Notes: generated by a model from the letters alone, not told the origin. 51,096 nt of DNA from an uncultured Mycobacterium sp. (GCA_964397355.1 CAYNJD010000001.1:1-51096); one strand, 5' to 3'; positions 18,880 through 29,866 are shown, numbered from the stretch's first letter. Numbers and translations are program-made.

Positions 18880-19125
18880 GTCGGCGCTGACCCCGAACGG
18901 TTTGCTGCAACGGGTTTCGAGAACGCCGGGACGAGAACCGTTACAGAATCGTTGCGGACCGGGGACAAACAGCGTAGGTTCGTGAACAGGTTGAGTTCAC
19001 AGCCACCCGGAAAACGCGTCAACCACGCAAGGCGGGGAGGCCGACTCCCTGCTTCTCAATCCGTGAAGGTGTAACTCGCATCGACGCGATCCAACAGTAC
19101 GAGTTTCGACTGATGGAGTAATTCA

Positions 19126-19560
19126 ATGACTGCTTTGAAAGCAGCCGGGTCGGTGTTCCCGGCGCCTCGAATAGCCAGCCTGCCGCCATCCGATACCTGG
19201 GAGAGCCACACCGCCCGCTCCGTCACCCACTGGGGAGGCTCGGGTGCGGTAATCAGCGTGGACGGTGAACTCGACGCCGTCAATGCCGGTCAGCTGGCCG
19301 ACCACGTGCAACACTGCGCGAACTCCTGCGAATGGCTGGTGCTCGACCTCAGCGATCTGGAATTCATTGGCACCGCCGGATTTTCGGCACTGAAGAAAAT
19401 CACCGAGCGGTGCGCCGAGACCATGGTGTACTGCACCACGGTGCCGGGCGCCGCGGTGTCGCGGCTGTTGCGGATCTGCGATCCCGCGAACACGTTGCAG
19501 ACGACGACGTCGGTGACCGATGCGCTGGCCGGAATCCAGGACTTCCGGCAAGTTCTGTAA
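19126..19560 (+). CDS. STAS-domain anti-anti-sigma factor
   Basis: VDGELDA, LDLSDLEFIGTAGFSAL, VSRLLRIC; GGAG SD. Confidence 0.88.
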   Translation: MTALKAAGSVFPAPRIASLPPSDTWESHTARSVTHWGGSGAVISVDGELDAVNAGQLADHVQHCANSCEWLVLDLSDLEFIGTAGFSALKKITERCAETMVYCTTVPGAAVSRLLRICDPANTLQTTTSVTDALAGIQDFRQVL

Positions 19561-19612
19561 CCCCCGTCCGTGAGCTCGGGGCCCGTGGTAGCTCGCGAAC
19601 GCCATGACCGGC

Positions 19613-20323
19613 CTACCGCTGCAATCGGCGGGCGGCGAAGTCGGCCGCCTGGTCGACGATCGTTCCGTCGCCGGCGTAGCTGTCGTGGGCGGCGAAACTC
19701 ATTCCGTCCGAGCAGACCGCATCTTCCGGCGCGCACACTTGCAACGTCTTGGACCTATACAGCGGCCCGATCGTGATCGTCGGCTCGTTGAGGAAATTCA
19801 TCGCCCGCTCGTTGGGCATCGCGAACAACACCACCGCGGCGACGTGCTCGGCGATGTCGGGGTCCAGCGGCTTGGGCACCGTCGCCGGGTCGACACCGTC
19901 GGGCACTTGAGCCGAGGTGACGAACCCCATCACCGCGGCGCCCTGGGAGTAGCCGCCGAGCACCATTTTCGTTCTGGGACAAGAGGTTGCCCGTGACACG
20001 ACGTGAGCGCCCGCATCCCGGATACCGTCGACGCCGGTGTTCCACTGGTCGGTGGCCGGATAGTCGACGGCGTAAACAGCCGGCGGACCGCCGGGGACGC
20101 GCGCGTTCAGCGCGTCGACGAAGGCCTGCCCGGTCGGTCCCACGCCGGGCGCCTCGCCGGTGCCCCGGGCGAACACCACCTCGGTATCCGGACACGGCTG
20201 GGCTTCGGCGATGGGAATGCCGGGGACGAAAAAGCTCGCGGCACCGGCTGCCGATGTCGCGATCGCCATGAGAGCAAAGCGGGAGACGAGGTCGCGCGCG
20301 GTCATGTCGCTGTAGGTGCCCAT
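19613..20323 (-). CDS. Secreted cutinase-family protein
   Basis: Signal peptide, CPDTEVVFARGT, GYSQG, EDAVC, H. Confidence 0.9.
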   Translation of the reverse strand: MGTYSDMTARDLVSRFALMAIATSAAGAASFFVPGIPIAEAQPCPDTEVVFARGTGEAPGVGPTGQAFVDALNARVPGGPPAVYAVDYPATDQWNTGVDGIRDAGAHVVSRATSCPRTKMVLGGYSQGAAVMGFVTSAQVPDGVDPATVPKPLDPDIAEHVAAVVLFAMPNERAMNFLNEPTITIGPLYRSKTLQVCAPEDAVCSDGMSFAAHDSYAGDGTIVDQAADFAARRLQR

Positions 20324-20401
20324 CGCGGACCCCGCTCAAACCGCCTCGTTGGAAAAGTTTTCCGGCGCCGAGCTCTAGACATTGCTCACACACTTTGTTA
20401 A

Positions 20402-21508
<1,107 letters not shown>

Positions 21509-21539
21509 CACCGAACCGCCACTGACGGGAGGCAAGCAG

Positions 21540-21584
21540 ATGACCAGGGCACGCACACCGCAAGTAGAACGGGGCCGGCCATGA
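21540..21584 (+). CDS. 14-aa mini-ORF coupled to the kasB paralogue
   Basis: GGAGG 21528-32, ATG 21540, [17 protein letters not shown] overlaps the downstream ATG (ATGA). Confidence 0.5.
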   Translation: MTRARTPQVERGRP

Positions 21585-22834
21585 CCCGCTTCCGCACCGG
21601 CAACGGCTTCCCGGACGTGGTCGTCACCGGAGTTGCGATGACCACCGCCCTGGCGACCGATGCCGACACCACCTGGAAGATGCTGCTGGACGGCCAGAGC
21701 GGGATCCGCAAGCTCACCGACCCATTCGTGGAAGAGTACGACCTGCCGGTGCGCATCGGCGGGCACCTGCTGGAGGACTTCGACTGCGAGCTGACCCGGA
21801 TCGAACTGCGCCGGCTGTCCTACCTGCAGAAGATGTCAACCGTGTTGGGCAGGAGGGTGTGGGCGAATGCCGAAGCCCCCGAGGTCGATCCCCGGCGGCT
21901 GATGGTGTGCATCGGCACCGGGCTGGGCTCCACCGAGGAATTGGTGTGGGGCTACCAGGGTTTGGTCGACCGCGGGATGCGGGGGGTGTCACCGCTGGGC
22001 GTGCAGAAGTACATGCCGAATGCGGCGGCCGCCGCGGTCGGCTTGGAGCGCCAGGCCCGCGCCGGGGTGCACACCCCGGTGTCGGCCTGTGCCTCCGGCG
22101 CCGAGGCGATCGCGCAGGCCTGGCGCAACATCGTCTACGACGAGGCCGACATCGCGATCTGCGGCGGTGTGGAGACCAAGATCGAGGCGGTGCCGATCGC
22201 CGGGTTCGCCGCCATGCGCATCGTGCTGTCGACCACCAACGACGACCCGGCCGGGGCCTGCCGGCCGTTCGACGCCGACCGCAACGGCTTCGTGTTCGGC
22301 GAGGCGGGTGCGCTGCTGGTCATCGAGACCGAATCCCACGCCCGGGCTCGCGGCGCCACCATTCTGGGCCGGCTGATGGGCGCCGGCATCACCTCCGACG
22401 GCTACCACATCGTGGCGCCGGCCGCCGACGGCGAGCGGGCCGGGTATGCCATGACGCGGGCCATCGAGCTGGCCGGGCTCACCCCGGCCGACGTCGACCA
22501 TGTCAACGCGCACGCCACCGGCACCACGATCGGTGATCTGGCCGAGAGCAAGGCCATCGGCAATGCTTTGGGTTCGCATCCGGCGGCGGTGTACGCGCCG
22601 AAGTCGGCGCTTGGTCATTCGGTCGGCGCGGTCGGTGCGGTTGAGGCGATCCTGACGGTGCTCGCGCTGCGCGACGGCATCATTCCGCCCACACTGAACC
22701 TGCAGAACCTGGATCCGCGGATCGAACTCGATGTGGTGGCCGGCGAGCCCCGGTCGGGTGACTACCGCTATGCGGTCAGCAATTCGTTCGGTTTCGGCGG
22801 GCACAACGTGGCGCTGGCGTTCGGGAAGTACTGA
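21581..22834 (+). CDS. kasB: KasB-like beta-ketoacyl-ACP synthase (stand-alone paralogue)
   Basis: [14 protein letters not shown] (Cys), [24 protein letters not shown]; colinear with KasB as I recall it; no fabD/acpM/kasA neighbours. Confidence 0.85.
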   Translation: MTRFRTGNGFPDVVVTGVAMTTALATDADTTWKMLLDGQSGIRKLTDPFVEEYDLPVRIGGHLLEDFDCELTRIELRRLSYLQKMSTVLGRRVWANAEAPEVDPRRLMVCIGTGLGSTEELVWGYQGLVDRGMRGVSPLGVQKYMPNAAAAAVGLERQARAGVHTPVSACASGAEAIAQAWRNIVYDEADIAICGGVETKIEAVPIAGFAAMRIVLSTTNDDPAGACRPFDADRNGFVFGEAGALLVIETESHARARGATILGRLMGAGITSDGYHIVAPAADGERAGYAMTRAIELAGLTPADVDHVNAHATGTTIGDLAESKAIGNALGSHPAAVYAPKSALGHSVGAVGAVEAILTVLALRDGIIPPTLNLQNLDPRIELDVVAGEPRSGDYRYAVSNSFGFGGHNVALAFGKY

Positions 22835-22856
22835 CAGCGCAGGGGCTCGGGATTGA

Positions 22857-23420
22857 TCAGGACTCATAGCCCAGGATGGCGTCACGGGCCCGGTCCAGCA
22901 TGGCCGCGAAAGGCCCGGCCAACACGTTGGCCAGCGTGCTCTCCACGCCGGCATGCGGCCGGGTCGGCGCAACCGCCTCGGCGAGCTTGACGGCCTTCTC
23001 CATCCGCTCCAGTTCGGTGTCACTGAGTTCTTCACGCAGTAGGGCGAACTCGTCACGCTCCTCGTGCTCGGCGTGCTCGAGGACATCGTTGCGCAGTTCC
23101 CGCAGCTTCTCGGTGAAGAACTCCGAATCGACGTCGACGTTCTCCAGCTCGCCCAGCGCCGCCTTGGCCGTCTTCTCCTCACGCAGCCGCGCATCCACGA
23201 CCTCACGGCCGCCGTCGATTTCGCGGCTCGCCCGCGGATGCACGATCTCTTCTTCGGCGGTCTCGTGCACCGCCAGCAACCGGCGCAGCCGCACGAACGA
23301 CTCCTCGCGTTCCTGCCCGGCGGCCAGCAGCGTCTCGTCGAACAGTGCCCGGATCCGCTGATGCTGCGCGGTGAGGAAATCCATCACGTCGACCGGGCTG
23401 TGCAAAGAGGTCTGTGTCAT
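22857..23420 (-). CDS. Hemerythrin/HHE-domain protein
   Basis: QH...HETAEE...HAEHEE, APTRPH. Confidence 0.88.
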   Translation of the reverse strand: MTQTSLHSPVDVMDFLTAQHQRIRALFDETLLAAGQEREESFVRLRRLLAVHETAEEEIVHPRASREIDGGREVVDARLREEKTAKAALGELENVDVDSEFFTEKLRELRNDVLEHAEHEERDEFALLREELSDTELERMEKAVKLAEAVAPTRPHAGVESTLANVLAGPFAAMLDRARDAILGYES

Positions 23421-23430
23421 GGCTACCGGC

Positions 23431-23455
23431 TACCCGCGCCGGGCGGGGGCAAAAC
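23431..23455 (-). promoter_or_regulatory. SigF promoter (hemerythrin)
   Basis: GTTT-N16-GGGTA, ATG 10 nt downstream. Confidence 0.8.
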
Positions 23456-23468
23456 CGCGACACGGGTG

Positions 23469-24929
23469 TCAAGCCACCACTCGGAAGTGCTGCAACGTGG
23501 CGTCGGTGGCGTCGGGCAATGCCATTCCGGCCCGCAGGCCCGAACGCAGATACTCGATGACGGCGGCGTCGAGACGCTCGCCGGGCACCACCACCGGCAC
23601 GCCGGGCGGGTACGGCGTGATCTGCTCGGCGGCGATCCGGCCGGCCGCCTCCGAAGCGGCGACCATCTCGGTGCGCCCGAAGAACGCGTCGCGGGGCAGC
23701 GACACGGTCTCGAGTTGTAGTTCCTCGGGGCTGGGCAACCGGATCGGCGGCGGCGGCTCGAAAGATGCTGCGGCCTCCCGCCACTCGCTCAGCGCAGCCA
23801 CCAGGCGCTGGGCGGTGTCGGCGTCGTCGGCGAAGGACAATGTGGCCAGAATGCGCCGGTGATCGGCCAATCCCACGTCGAGGCACCGGTGTTCACGCAG
23901 CCAGTCCCTCGCCTGGTAACCCGACGTTCCCGTCCCCGACACGTCGATGAGCACCTGCAGCCGGTCCAGGTCGTGTGAGGCCTCCGCGCCGAGCAGGACG
24001 TCGTCGAGCACCTCGACATCGGGCAGCGCGTCGATGCGGCCCCGGATGTCGCGCGCCAACTCCAGTGCGGCACCGAGCAGTTGGCGGCCATGATGCACCA
24101 TGTGACGCCGCCAGCCGTCCAGTGCGGCGAAGATCGGCACACTGGGACTGGTGGTCATCAACAGGTCGGCACATGCCGCGAGCCGGTCCCGGTCGACCAG
24201 GTCGCCCTGCACGTGATACACCGAGCCCTGTTCGAAGCCCGCACCCATCTTGTGCACGCTGACCACGCAGACATCGGCGCCGGCATCCATCGCCCAGCTG
24301 GGCAGGTCGTCGTGGAACGGCAGGTGCGCGCCCCAGGCTTCGTCGACGATCAGCGGTTTACCGCGCTGATGGCAGATCTCGGCGATCGCGGACAAGTCCG
24401 CGCAGGTACCGTACGGCGACGGGCTGACGATCAGCGCTCCGGCGGCGTCGGGGTGCTCCTCCCACGCGCCGGCGACCCGCTCAGGTGACGGCGGGTGGCA
24501 AAAGTGCCGCTCGGCGTCCCAACGCGGGGTGATCCAGCGCGGCTGGATACCGGAGAAGATCAACCCGCCGACGATCGACTTGTGACTGTCACGTGGCAGC
24601 AGCAGTCCACCGGATGAGCCGCCGGCCACCGCCATCATCGCCGCACGCACTGAAAGCGAACTGCCGCAGGTGGAGAAGAACGCCGCCGCGGCGCCCACCG
24701 CATCGGCCATCAGCGCCTCGGCGTCGGTCAGAAACCCTCCGCCGGCCCGCCAGTCGTCGAGGCCGCCGCGGGCCAGCACATCTGCCCGGAACGAGTCCGC
24801 GCCGAGTACCTGGCGCACCGACTCGTCGACCCCGAGGCCTTGCCGGTGACCCGGCGGGCTGAAGCCGTAGCGGTCTTTCCGGTGATAACCGGCCAATGCT
24901 TCCACGACGGGGGCTCGGCGGTGGTCCAT
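23469..24929 (-). CDS. Orn/Lys/Arg decarboxylase (PLP, fold type I)
   Basis: PPGH, RDSHKS, VDEAWG, SVHK PLP-lysine, TTSPS, PYPPG. Confidence 0.9.
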   Translation of the reverse strand: MDHRRAPVVEALAGYHRKDRYGFSPPGHRQGLGVDESVRQVLGADSFRADVLARGGLDDWRAGGGFLTDAEALMADAVGAAAAFFSTCGSSLSVRAAMMAVAGGSSGGLLLPRDSHKSIVGGLIFSGIQPRWITPRWDAERHFCHPPSPERVAGAWEEHPDAAGALIVSPSPYGTCADLSAIAEICHQRGKPLIVDEAWGAHLPFHDDLPSWAMDAGADVCVVSVHKMGAGFEQGSVYHVQGDLVDRDRLAACADLLMTTSPSVPIFAALDGWRRHMVHHGRQLLGAALELARDIRGRIDALPDVEVLDDVLLGAEASHDLDRLQVLIDVSGTGTSGYQARDWLREHRCLDVGLADHRRILATLSFADDADTAQRLVAALSEWREAAASFEPPPPIRLPSPEELQLETVSLPRDAFFGRTEMVAASEAAGRIAAEQITPYPPGVPVVVPGERLDAAVIEYLRSGLRAGMALPDATDATLQHFRVVA

Positions 24930-24938
24930 ATCGTCACC

Positions 24939-24966
24939 GCATACCCAGGACGTCTAGCGGGTAACC
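24939..24966. promoter_or_regulatory. Bidirectional SigF-type promoter (decarboxylase / molybdoenzyme)
   Basis: TACCC(24942-46)-N12-GGGTA(24959-63); the minus strand reads GTTA-N15-GGGTA. Confidence 0.65.
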
Positions 24967-24973
24967 GGGAGTG

Positions 24974-27298
24974 ATGACCGACCGTATAGCGGAGCCGTGG
25001 GGCGCGCGCACCCCCTACGGGGCTGGGCAGCGGTGGCCCGACCGGGTGGACACCGAACTGGCCGACGGCGTCACCGCCGACGAGGTCGACTGGGCGCAGT
25101 CGGCGGCGGTGCTGCATTCCAACGGCGACGGTATCGACATCGCCAGCCGCGACGGCCGGATCGTCGGGGTGCGCGGCCGCGGCGCCGACCGGGTCAACCA
25201 CGGACGCGTGGACCCCAAAGACCTATACGGCTGGCAGGCCAACAACTCCCCGGATCGGCTGACGGCCCCCTTGGTGCGCGAAGACGGCCGGTTGGTCGAA
25301 TCGGATTGGGACACCGCGATGAATCGGATCGTGGCCACCTCGCAGGCGCTGATGCGTGATGCGGGCCCCAGCGCGATCGGCTTCTACACCAGTGGCCAAC
25401 TGTTCCTCGAGGAGTACTACACGCTCGGAGTGATCGCCCGCGCCGGGCTGGGAACCAACCACGTGGACGGCAACACCCGGCTGTGCACCGCCACCGCCGA
25501 GTGGGCGCTCAAGGAGACGTTCGGCTGCGACGGCCAGCCCGGTTCTTACACCGACGTCGACCATGCCGACGTGATCGCGCTCTACGGCCACAATGTGGCC
25601 GAGACGCAGACGGTGCTGTGGTCGCGCATGCTCGATCGGCTTGCCGGTAGCGATCCGCCACAACTCATCTGCGTCGATCCGCGCGAGACCCCGGTGGCCA
25701 GGGCGGCGACGGTGCACCTGGCGCCGCTGCCCGGCACCAATGTGGCCCTGATGAATGGGCTGCTGCACGAAGTCATCGCGCACGACTGGGTTGATCACGA
25801 CTACGTCAGCGCCCACACCGTGGGCTACGAGGAACTGGCGGCCTGCGTCGCGGACTATCCGCCAGAGCGGGTGGCCGAAATCTGTGATGTCCCGGCTCGG
25901 GAGCTGCGGCGTGCGGCGGAGATCATCGGGCACGCCGACCGGCTGCTGTCGACCGTGCTGCAGGGCTTCTACCAATCCCATCAGGCGACCGCCGCCGCGG
26001 TCGCGGTCAACAACCTGAACCTGGTCCGCGGCATGCTCGGCCGGCCGGGCGCCGGAGTACTGCAGATGAATGGGCAGCCGACTGCGCAGAACACCCGCGA
26101 GTGCGGCGCCAACGGCGACCTGCCTGCCTTTCGCAACTGGGAGAACGATTCCCACATCGCCGAGCTGGCCAGACTGTGGAACGTCGACCAGGCCAAGATC
26201 CCGCACTACTCCGAACCGACGCACGCCATGCAGATGCTGCGCTTCGCCGAACAGGGCACGCTGCGGATGCTCTGGGTCAGTGCCACCAATCCGGCGGTGT
26301 CGCTTCCGGAATTGCGCCGCATCCGACACATTCTCGGCCAGACGCGGCTGTTCCTGGTGGTGCAGGACATCTTCCGCACCGAGACCGCGGAACTGGCCGA
26401 CGTGGTGCTGCCGGCAGCGGCATGGGGCGAGAAGACGGGAACGTTCACCAATGCCGACCGCACCGTGCACCTCTCCGAGCAGGCGGTCGATCCGCCCGGG
26501 CAATCTCGCCCCGACTTGGAGATCTTCTGTGACTACGCCGAGCGCATGGACTTTCGTGACCGTGACGGCGCCCCGCTGATCTCCTGGAAGGATCCCGAGT
26601 CGGCGTTCCAAGCCTGGCAACGCTGCAGCGCCGGCCGCCCCTGTGACTACACCGGCCTGAGCTACACCAAGCTGCGCGGCGGCAGCGGAATCCAGTGGCC
26701 CTGCAACGACGAGCACCCCGAGGGCACCGAACGGCTGTACACCGACGGGGTGTTCTGGAGCAAACCCGACTACTGCGAAAGCTACGGCAAGGATCTGATC
26801 ACCGGCGGGGCGGTGGAACCCACCAGCTACCGGGCAGCCAACCCGGACGGCAAGGCGATGTTGCGGGCCGCCGGCTACACCACACCGCACGAACAGCCCG
26901 CCGATGACGAGCTGTGGCTCACGACCGGCCGGACCGTCTACCAGTTCCACACCCGCACCAAGACCGGCCGAGCGCCGCAGCTCAACGACGCCGCACCGCA
27001 GGTGTGGGTGGAACTGTCCGCCGGCGATGCCGAACGACGCGGCATCCGCGACGGCGATATGACCGAAATCCGTTCGGCGCGCGGCAGTGTGCAAGCCCGC
27101 GTCAGAGTCGGCGGGATCCGCGACGGGGTGGCGTTCCTGCCGTTTCACTACGGTTACTGGGATGCTGACGGTGCAGGCCATCACCGCGCCGCCAATGAAC
27201 TGACCATCACCGACTGGGACCCGGTGTCCAAGCAGCCGCTGTTCAAGACTTCGGTGGTGCGCATCCACCGTAGCGATGCAGATCGGAGCGGCTGGTGA
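24974..27298 (+). CDS. Bis-MGD molybdopterin oxidoreductase (NapA/NasA-like), Fe-S Cys motif absent
   Basis: DGNTRLC, VDPRET, GQPTAQ, ADVVLPAA, EKTGTFTN, TTGR, HTRTKT. Confidence 0.9.
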   Translation: MTDRIAEPWGARTPYGAGQRWPDRVDTELADGVTADEVDWAQSAAVLHSNGDGIDIASRDGRIVGVRGRGADRVNHGRVDPKDLYGWQANNSPDRLTAPLVREDGRLVESDWDTAMNRIVATSQALMRDAGPSAIGFYTSGQLFLEEYYTLGVIARAGLGTNHVDGNTRLCTATAEWALKETFGCDGQPGSYTDVDHADVIALYGHNVAETQTVLWSRMLDRLAGSDPPQLICVDPRETPVARAATVHLAPLPGTNVALMNGLLHEVIAHDWVDHDYVSAHTVGYEELAACVADYPPERVAEICDVPARELRRAAEIIGHADRLLSTVLQGFYQSHQATAAAVAVNNLNLVRGMLGRPGAGVLQMNGQPTAQNTRECGANGDLPAFRNWENDSHIAELARLWNVDQAKIPHYSEPTHAMQMLRFAEQGTLRMLWVSATNPAVSLPELRRIRHILGQTRLFLVVQDIFRTETAELADVVLPAAAWGEKTGTFTNADRTVHLSEQAVDPPGQSRPDLEIFCDYAERMDFRDRDGAPLISWKDPESAFQAWQRCSAGRPCDYTGLSYTKLRGGSGIQWPCNDEHPEGTERLYTDGVFWSKPDYCESYGKDLITGGAVEPTSYRAANPDGKAMLRAAGYTTPHEQPADDELWLTTGRTVYQFHTRTKTGRAPQLNDAAPQVWVELSAGDAERRGIRDGDMTEIRSARGSVQARVRVGGIRDGVAFLPFHYGYWDADGAGHHRAANELTITDWDPVSKQPLFKTSVVRIHRSDADRSGW

Positions 27299-27777
27299 AA
27301 CTGGATCTGGCGCTGCGGGAGCTGCACCGCTCCGAAACGTCGCTGGGCAGGCGGTTCCGTCGCGTCGGCGAACGGCACAAGGCCGACCACGATGTCTACC
27401 AGCTGTGCTCCGATCTGGCGGGGTGGTCGGACGAACACGTCGCGTTGCTCGCGCAGGCCGCCCGCCGCCATGGGGTCCGGCTGGCCGGCTCCCCCGCACG
27501 GATCGGCGCAGTGTTCTCGGGGCTGCGGCGAGCCGCGAGCGTGGCGCTCGGGCGCCGGCCCGAACCGGGCATGCTGCTGCTGGCCGACTTACGCAGTCTG
27601 CATCTGCATGCCGCTGCGGTCTCCATAGACTGGGTGCTACTGGCCCAAGGCGCCCAGGCCGCACGCGACGGCAACCTGCTTGAATTGGCGTCGCGCTGCC
27701 ATCCGGAGACGTTGCGGCAGCTGAACTGGTCGAACACCACCATCAAAGAGCTTGCGCCGCAAGTGCTGATGTCTTGA
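27295..27777 (+). CDS. Helical hypothetical protein coupled to the molybdoenzyme
   Basis: GTGA overlap; LLADLR and LAQGAQAARD helical pattern. Confidence 0.75.
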   Translation: MKLDLALRELHRSETSLGRRFRRVGERHKADHDVYQLCSDLAGWSDEHVALLAQAARRHGVRLAGSPARIGAVFSGLRRAASVALGRRPEPGMLLLADLRSLHLHAAAVSIDWVLLAQGAQAARDGNLLELASRCHPETLRQLNWSNTTIKELAPQVLMS

Positions 27778-27804
27778 CTCCACCGGCTCGCCAGCTCCAC
27801 CGGC

Positions 27805-28155
27805 TCACCGGCGAAAGATGATCACCAATATCAGCAGGTCGATGACCAGCAGCGCCCAGCCGATGACGGGCACCAGGAACCCGCGCGGCCGGCGCGCCGT
27901 CCAGAACGAGGCCAGGATGGTCACCGCGGCGATGACCGGCGCGCCGTAGTACAACACGGCAAAGCCCACGCCGTTCGGCCCGAGATCGGGACACTCATCG
28001 CCGCTGCACGCCGCGGTGCTCATCACCGCACCGGTGGCGAGCACCATGACTGCGGCGGCCCCGACGATGGTCAGCAGCGCCGACACCCAGTTGACCCACC
28101 ACCGCGCGCTGCTGTCCTCGGTCTCGACCGGCACCGGCATCGGCTCTCCGGTCAC
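27805..28155 (-). CDS. Three-helix membrane protein with a C-x4-C loop
   Basis: Hydrophobic segments, ACSGDECPDL; paralogue at 44907-45296. Confidence 0.75.
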   Translation of the reverse strand: MTGEPMPVPVETEDSSARWWVNWVSALLTIVGAAAVMVLATGAVMSTAACSGDECPDLGPNGVGFAVLYYGAPVIAAVTILASFWTARRPRGFLVPVIGWALLVIDLLILVIIFRR

Positions 28156-28721
28156 AGCGCCATCTCCCGGCTCGCCAGTTCGGTGACCAGCGCATCGCAG
28201 AACGCCGGCAGGTCATCGGGTTTACGGCTCGACAGCAGCACCGAGGGCGCGCCCTCGCAGCGCACCAACTGCTCATCGACCCATTCCCCGCCCGCGTTGA
28301 CGATGTCGGTGCGCAGGCTCGGCCAGGACGTGAGCCGCCGTCCGGCGAGCACGCCGGCTTCCACCAGCGTCCACGGGCCGTGGCAGATGACGGCTACCGG
28401 CTTGCCGGCATCGAAGAAGCCCCGCACGAATGCGACGGCGCGGTCGTCGGTGCGCAACTGATCCGGGTTGGCTACCCCGCCGGGCAGCACCAGTGCGTCG
28501 AAATCGTCCGCCGAGACGTCGGCCACCACCCGATCCACGTCGAACTCGTCGCCGCGATCCAGATGGTTGAACGCCTGAACCGGCCCGGTGGTCGTCGACA
28601 CCAACGCCGGGCATCCGCCGGCCTTGGCGACCGCCCGCCACGGCTCGGTCAACTCGACCTCCTCGACGCCTTCGGGCGCCACCAGAAAGGCGATTCGTCG
28701 GCCTCCTAGCGATCCGGACAT
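28152..28721 (-). CDS. PfpI/DJ-1 family glyoxalase/deglycase
   Basis: GVEEVEL, LPGGVANPD, ICHGPW, SRKPDDL. Confidence 0.92.
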   Translation of the reverse strand: MSGSLGGRRIAFLVAPEGVEEVELTEPWRAVAKAGGCPALVSTTTGPVQAFNHLDRGDEFDVDRVVADVSADDFDALVLPGGVANPDQLRTDDRAVAFVRGFFDAGKPVAVICHGPWTLVEAGVLAGRRLTSWPSLRTDIVNAGGEWVDEQLVRCEGAPSVLLSSRKPDDLPAFCDALVTELASREMAL

Positions 28722-28768
28722 CGATCTCCCCTTTCGGTGTTTTGCAAGCTGTTCACACCCCACTGCGG

Positions 28769-28793
28769 TACCCGATGGCCCAACCGCACAAAC
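28769..28793 (-). promoter_or_regulatory. SigF promoter (pfpI)
   Basis: GTTT-N16-GGGTA. Confidence 0.8.
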
Positions 28794-28799
28794 GGGCCG

Positions 28800-28824
28800 G
28801 TGTAGCCGGCTGCGCCCCGGGGTA
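28800..28824 (+). promoter_or_regulatory. SigF-type promoter (lipoprotein)
   Basis: GTGT-N16-GGGTA, ATG 10 nt downstream. Confidence 0.65.
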
Positions 28825-28834
28825 CCCCGCCGGA

Positions 28835-29866
28835 ATGAGGTGGCGAGCGTGGTGCAGCGCGGCGGCAGCCGGCGCGGTCACGCTGGCCGGCTGCTCGACA
28901 CCGGGACAGTCATTGCTCAGCACACCGGAAACCACGTCGGTGCAGGTGGATACCCCGCTGCACGAACCGGTGTGGTCCTACGCCACCGGGTCGCTGATCG
29001 CGCTGACCGATGACGGGCGGGTGGCGACGGTGGCCGACGCCGATCAACCCGACCGGGCCACCACCCGACTGTCGGCGCCGCTGGGTGCCGGGCACAACGT
29101 GCAGATCAACCGCGCCGACGAGCGAACGGTGTTCGTGCCGCAGCCCGGGCGCGACCGGGTGGCCGCAGTCGATGTGGCCAGCTTGCGCAAGGTCGGCGAC
29201 TTTGATGCCGGTCCGGCCCCGGCCTACTTGTCCGAGGACGGCGGCATGCGGGTGCTGCTGGCGTTGTCCGCGGACGGGTCGACGGTGACACCGGTCGAGG
29301 AGTTCGGACTGCGGAAACTGCCCGCTGCCCGGGTGCACCCCGCGGACACCATTCACGGCGCCAACCGGGGCCGCGCCATCGAATACCACGCCTTCGGGCC
29401 GGGCGGGGTCAGCTATTACAAGGGGCCGTCGTCGCCGCCGGAGCACCGCGGCAGCTACGACTCCCACGTCGTCGCGGCCGCAGGAGACGGGACCGCGGCG
29501 GGCCGGGTCTATCTGGCAGATGCCGGCCGCGACACGCTCTACGCCGTCGAGACCGCCCGCGGCGGGCACGGTCTGCACGAGGTGGGCCGCTCACCGGTCT
29601 CCTCGCGGATCCGCTACCTGGGCTCCGACGACTTCCGGGTGTATGCCGCCACCGACACCGACGTGACGGTGTTCGAGTCGGCGAGCTTCACCGGCTACCC
29701 ACACGGCAGCATTCCGGTGCTGCGTGTCATCGACTACCGGGCCGGTCTACCGTCCGGGCCGGCCCGGTCCGCACCATTGTCGGGTATGGCGATCGGGCCC
29801 GACCGGGTTTATCTGACCCTGCGGGGTCAGCCGGTCGTGGTCAGCGTCGCCAAACCTCGGCTGTGA
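28835..29866 (+). CDS. Lipoprotein, probable beta-propeller (YncE-like)
   Basis: Lipobox LAGC; repeated short beta-strand units. Confidence 0.75.
   Translation: MRWRAWCSAAAAGAVTLAGCSTPGQSLLSTPETTSVQVDTPLHEPVWSYATGSLIALTDDGRVATVADADQPDRATTRLSAPLGAGHNVQINRADERTVFVPQPGRDRVAAVDVASLRKVGDFDAGPAPAYLSEDGGMRVLLALSADGSTVTPVEEFGLRKLPAARVHPADTIHGANRGRAIEYHAFGPGGVSYYKGPSSPPEHRGSYDSHVVAAAGDGTAAGRVYLADAGRDTLYAVETARGGHGLHEVGRSPVSSRIRYLGSDDFRVYAATDTDVTVFESASFTGYPHGSIPVLRVIDYRAGLPSGPARSAPLSGMAIGPDRVYLTLRGQPVVVSVAKPRL

Noticed and set aside
18900-18923. GTTT-N15-GAGAA as a SigF promoter for the STAS gene
   Set aside because: Two mismatches in the -10 and about 200 bp from the start; not counted
25223-27664. 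813-aa antisense ORF and many other long shadow ORFs (e.g. 11475-12806, 16408-17940, 37044-38405, 38688-40097)
   Set aside because: They lie opposite well-supported genes, have no recognisable motifs, and are expected in high-GC DNA
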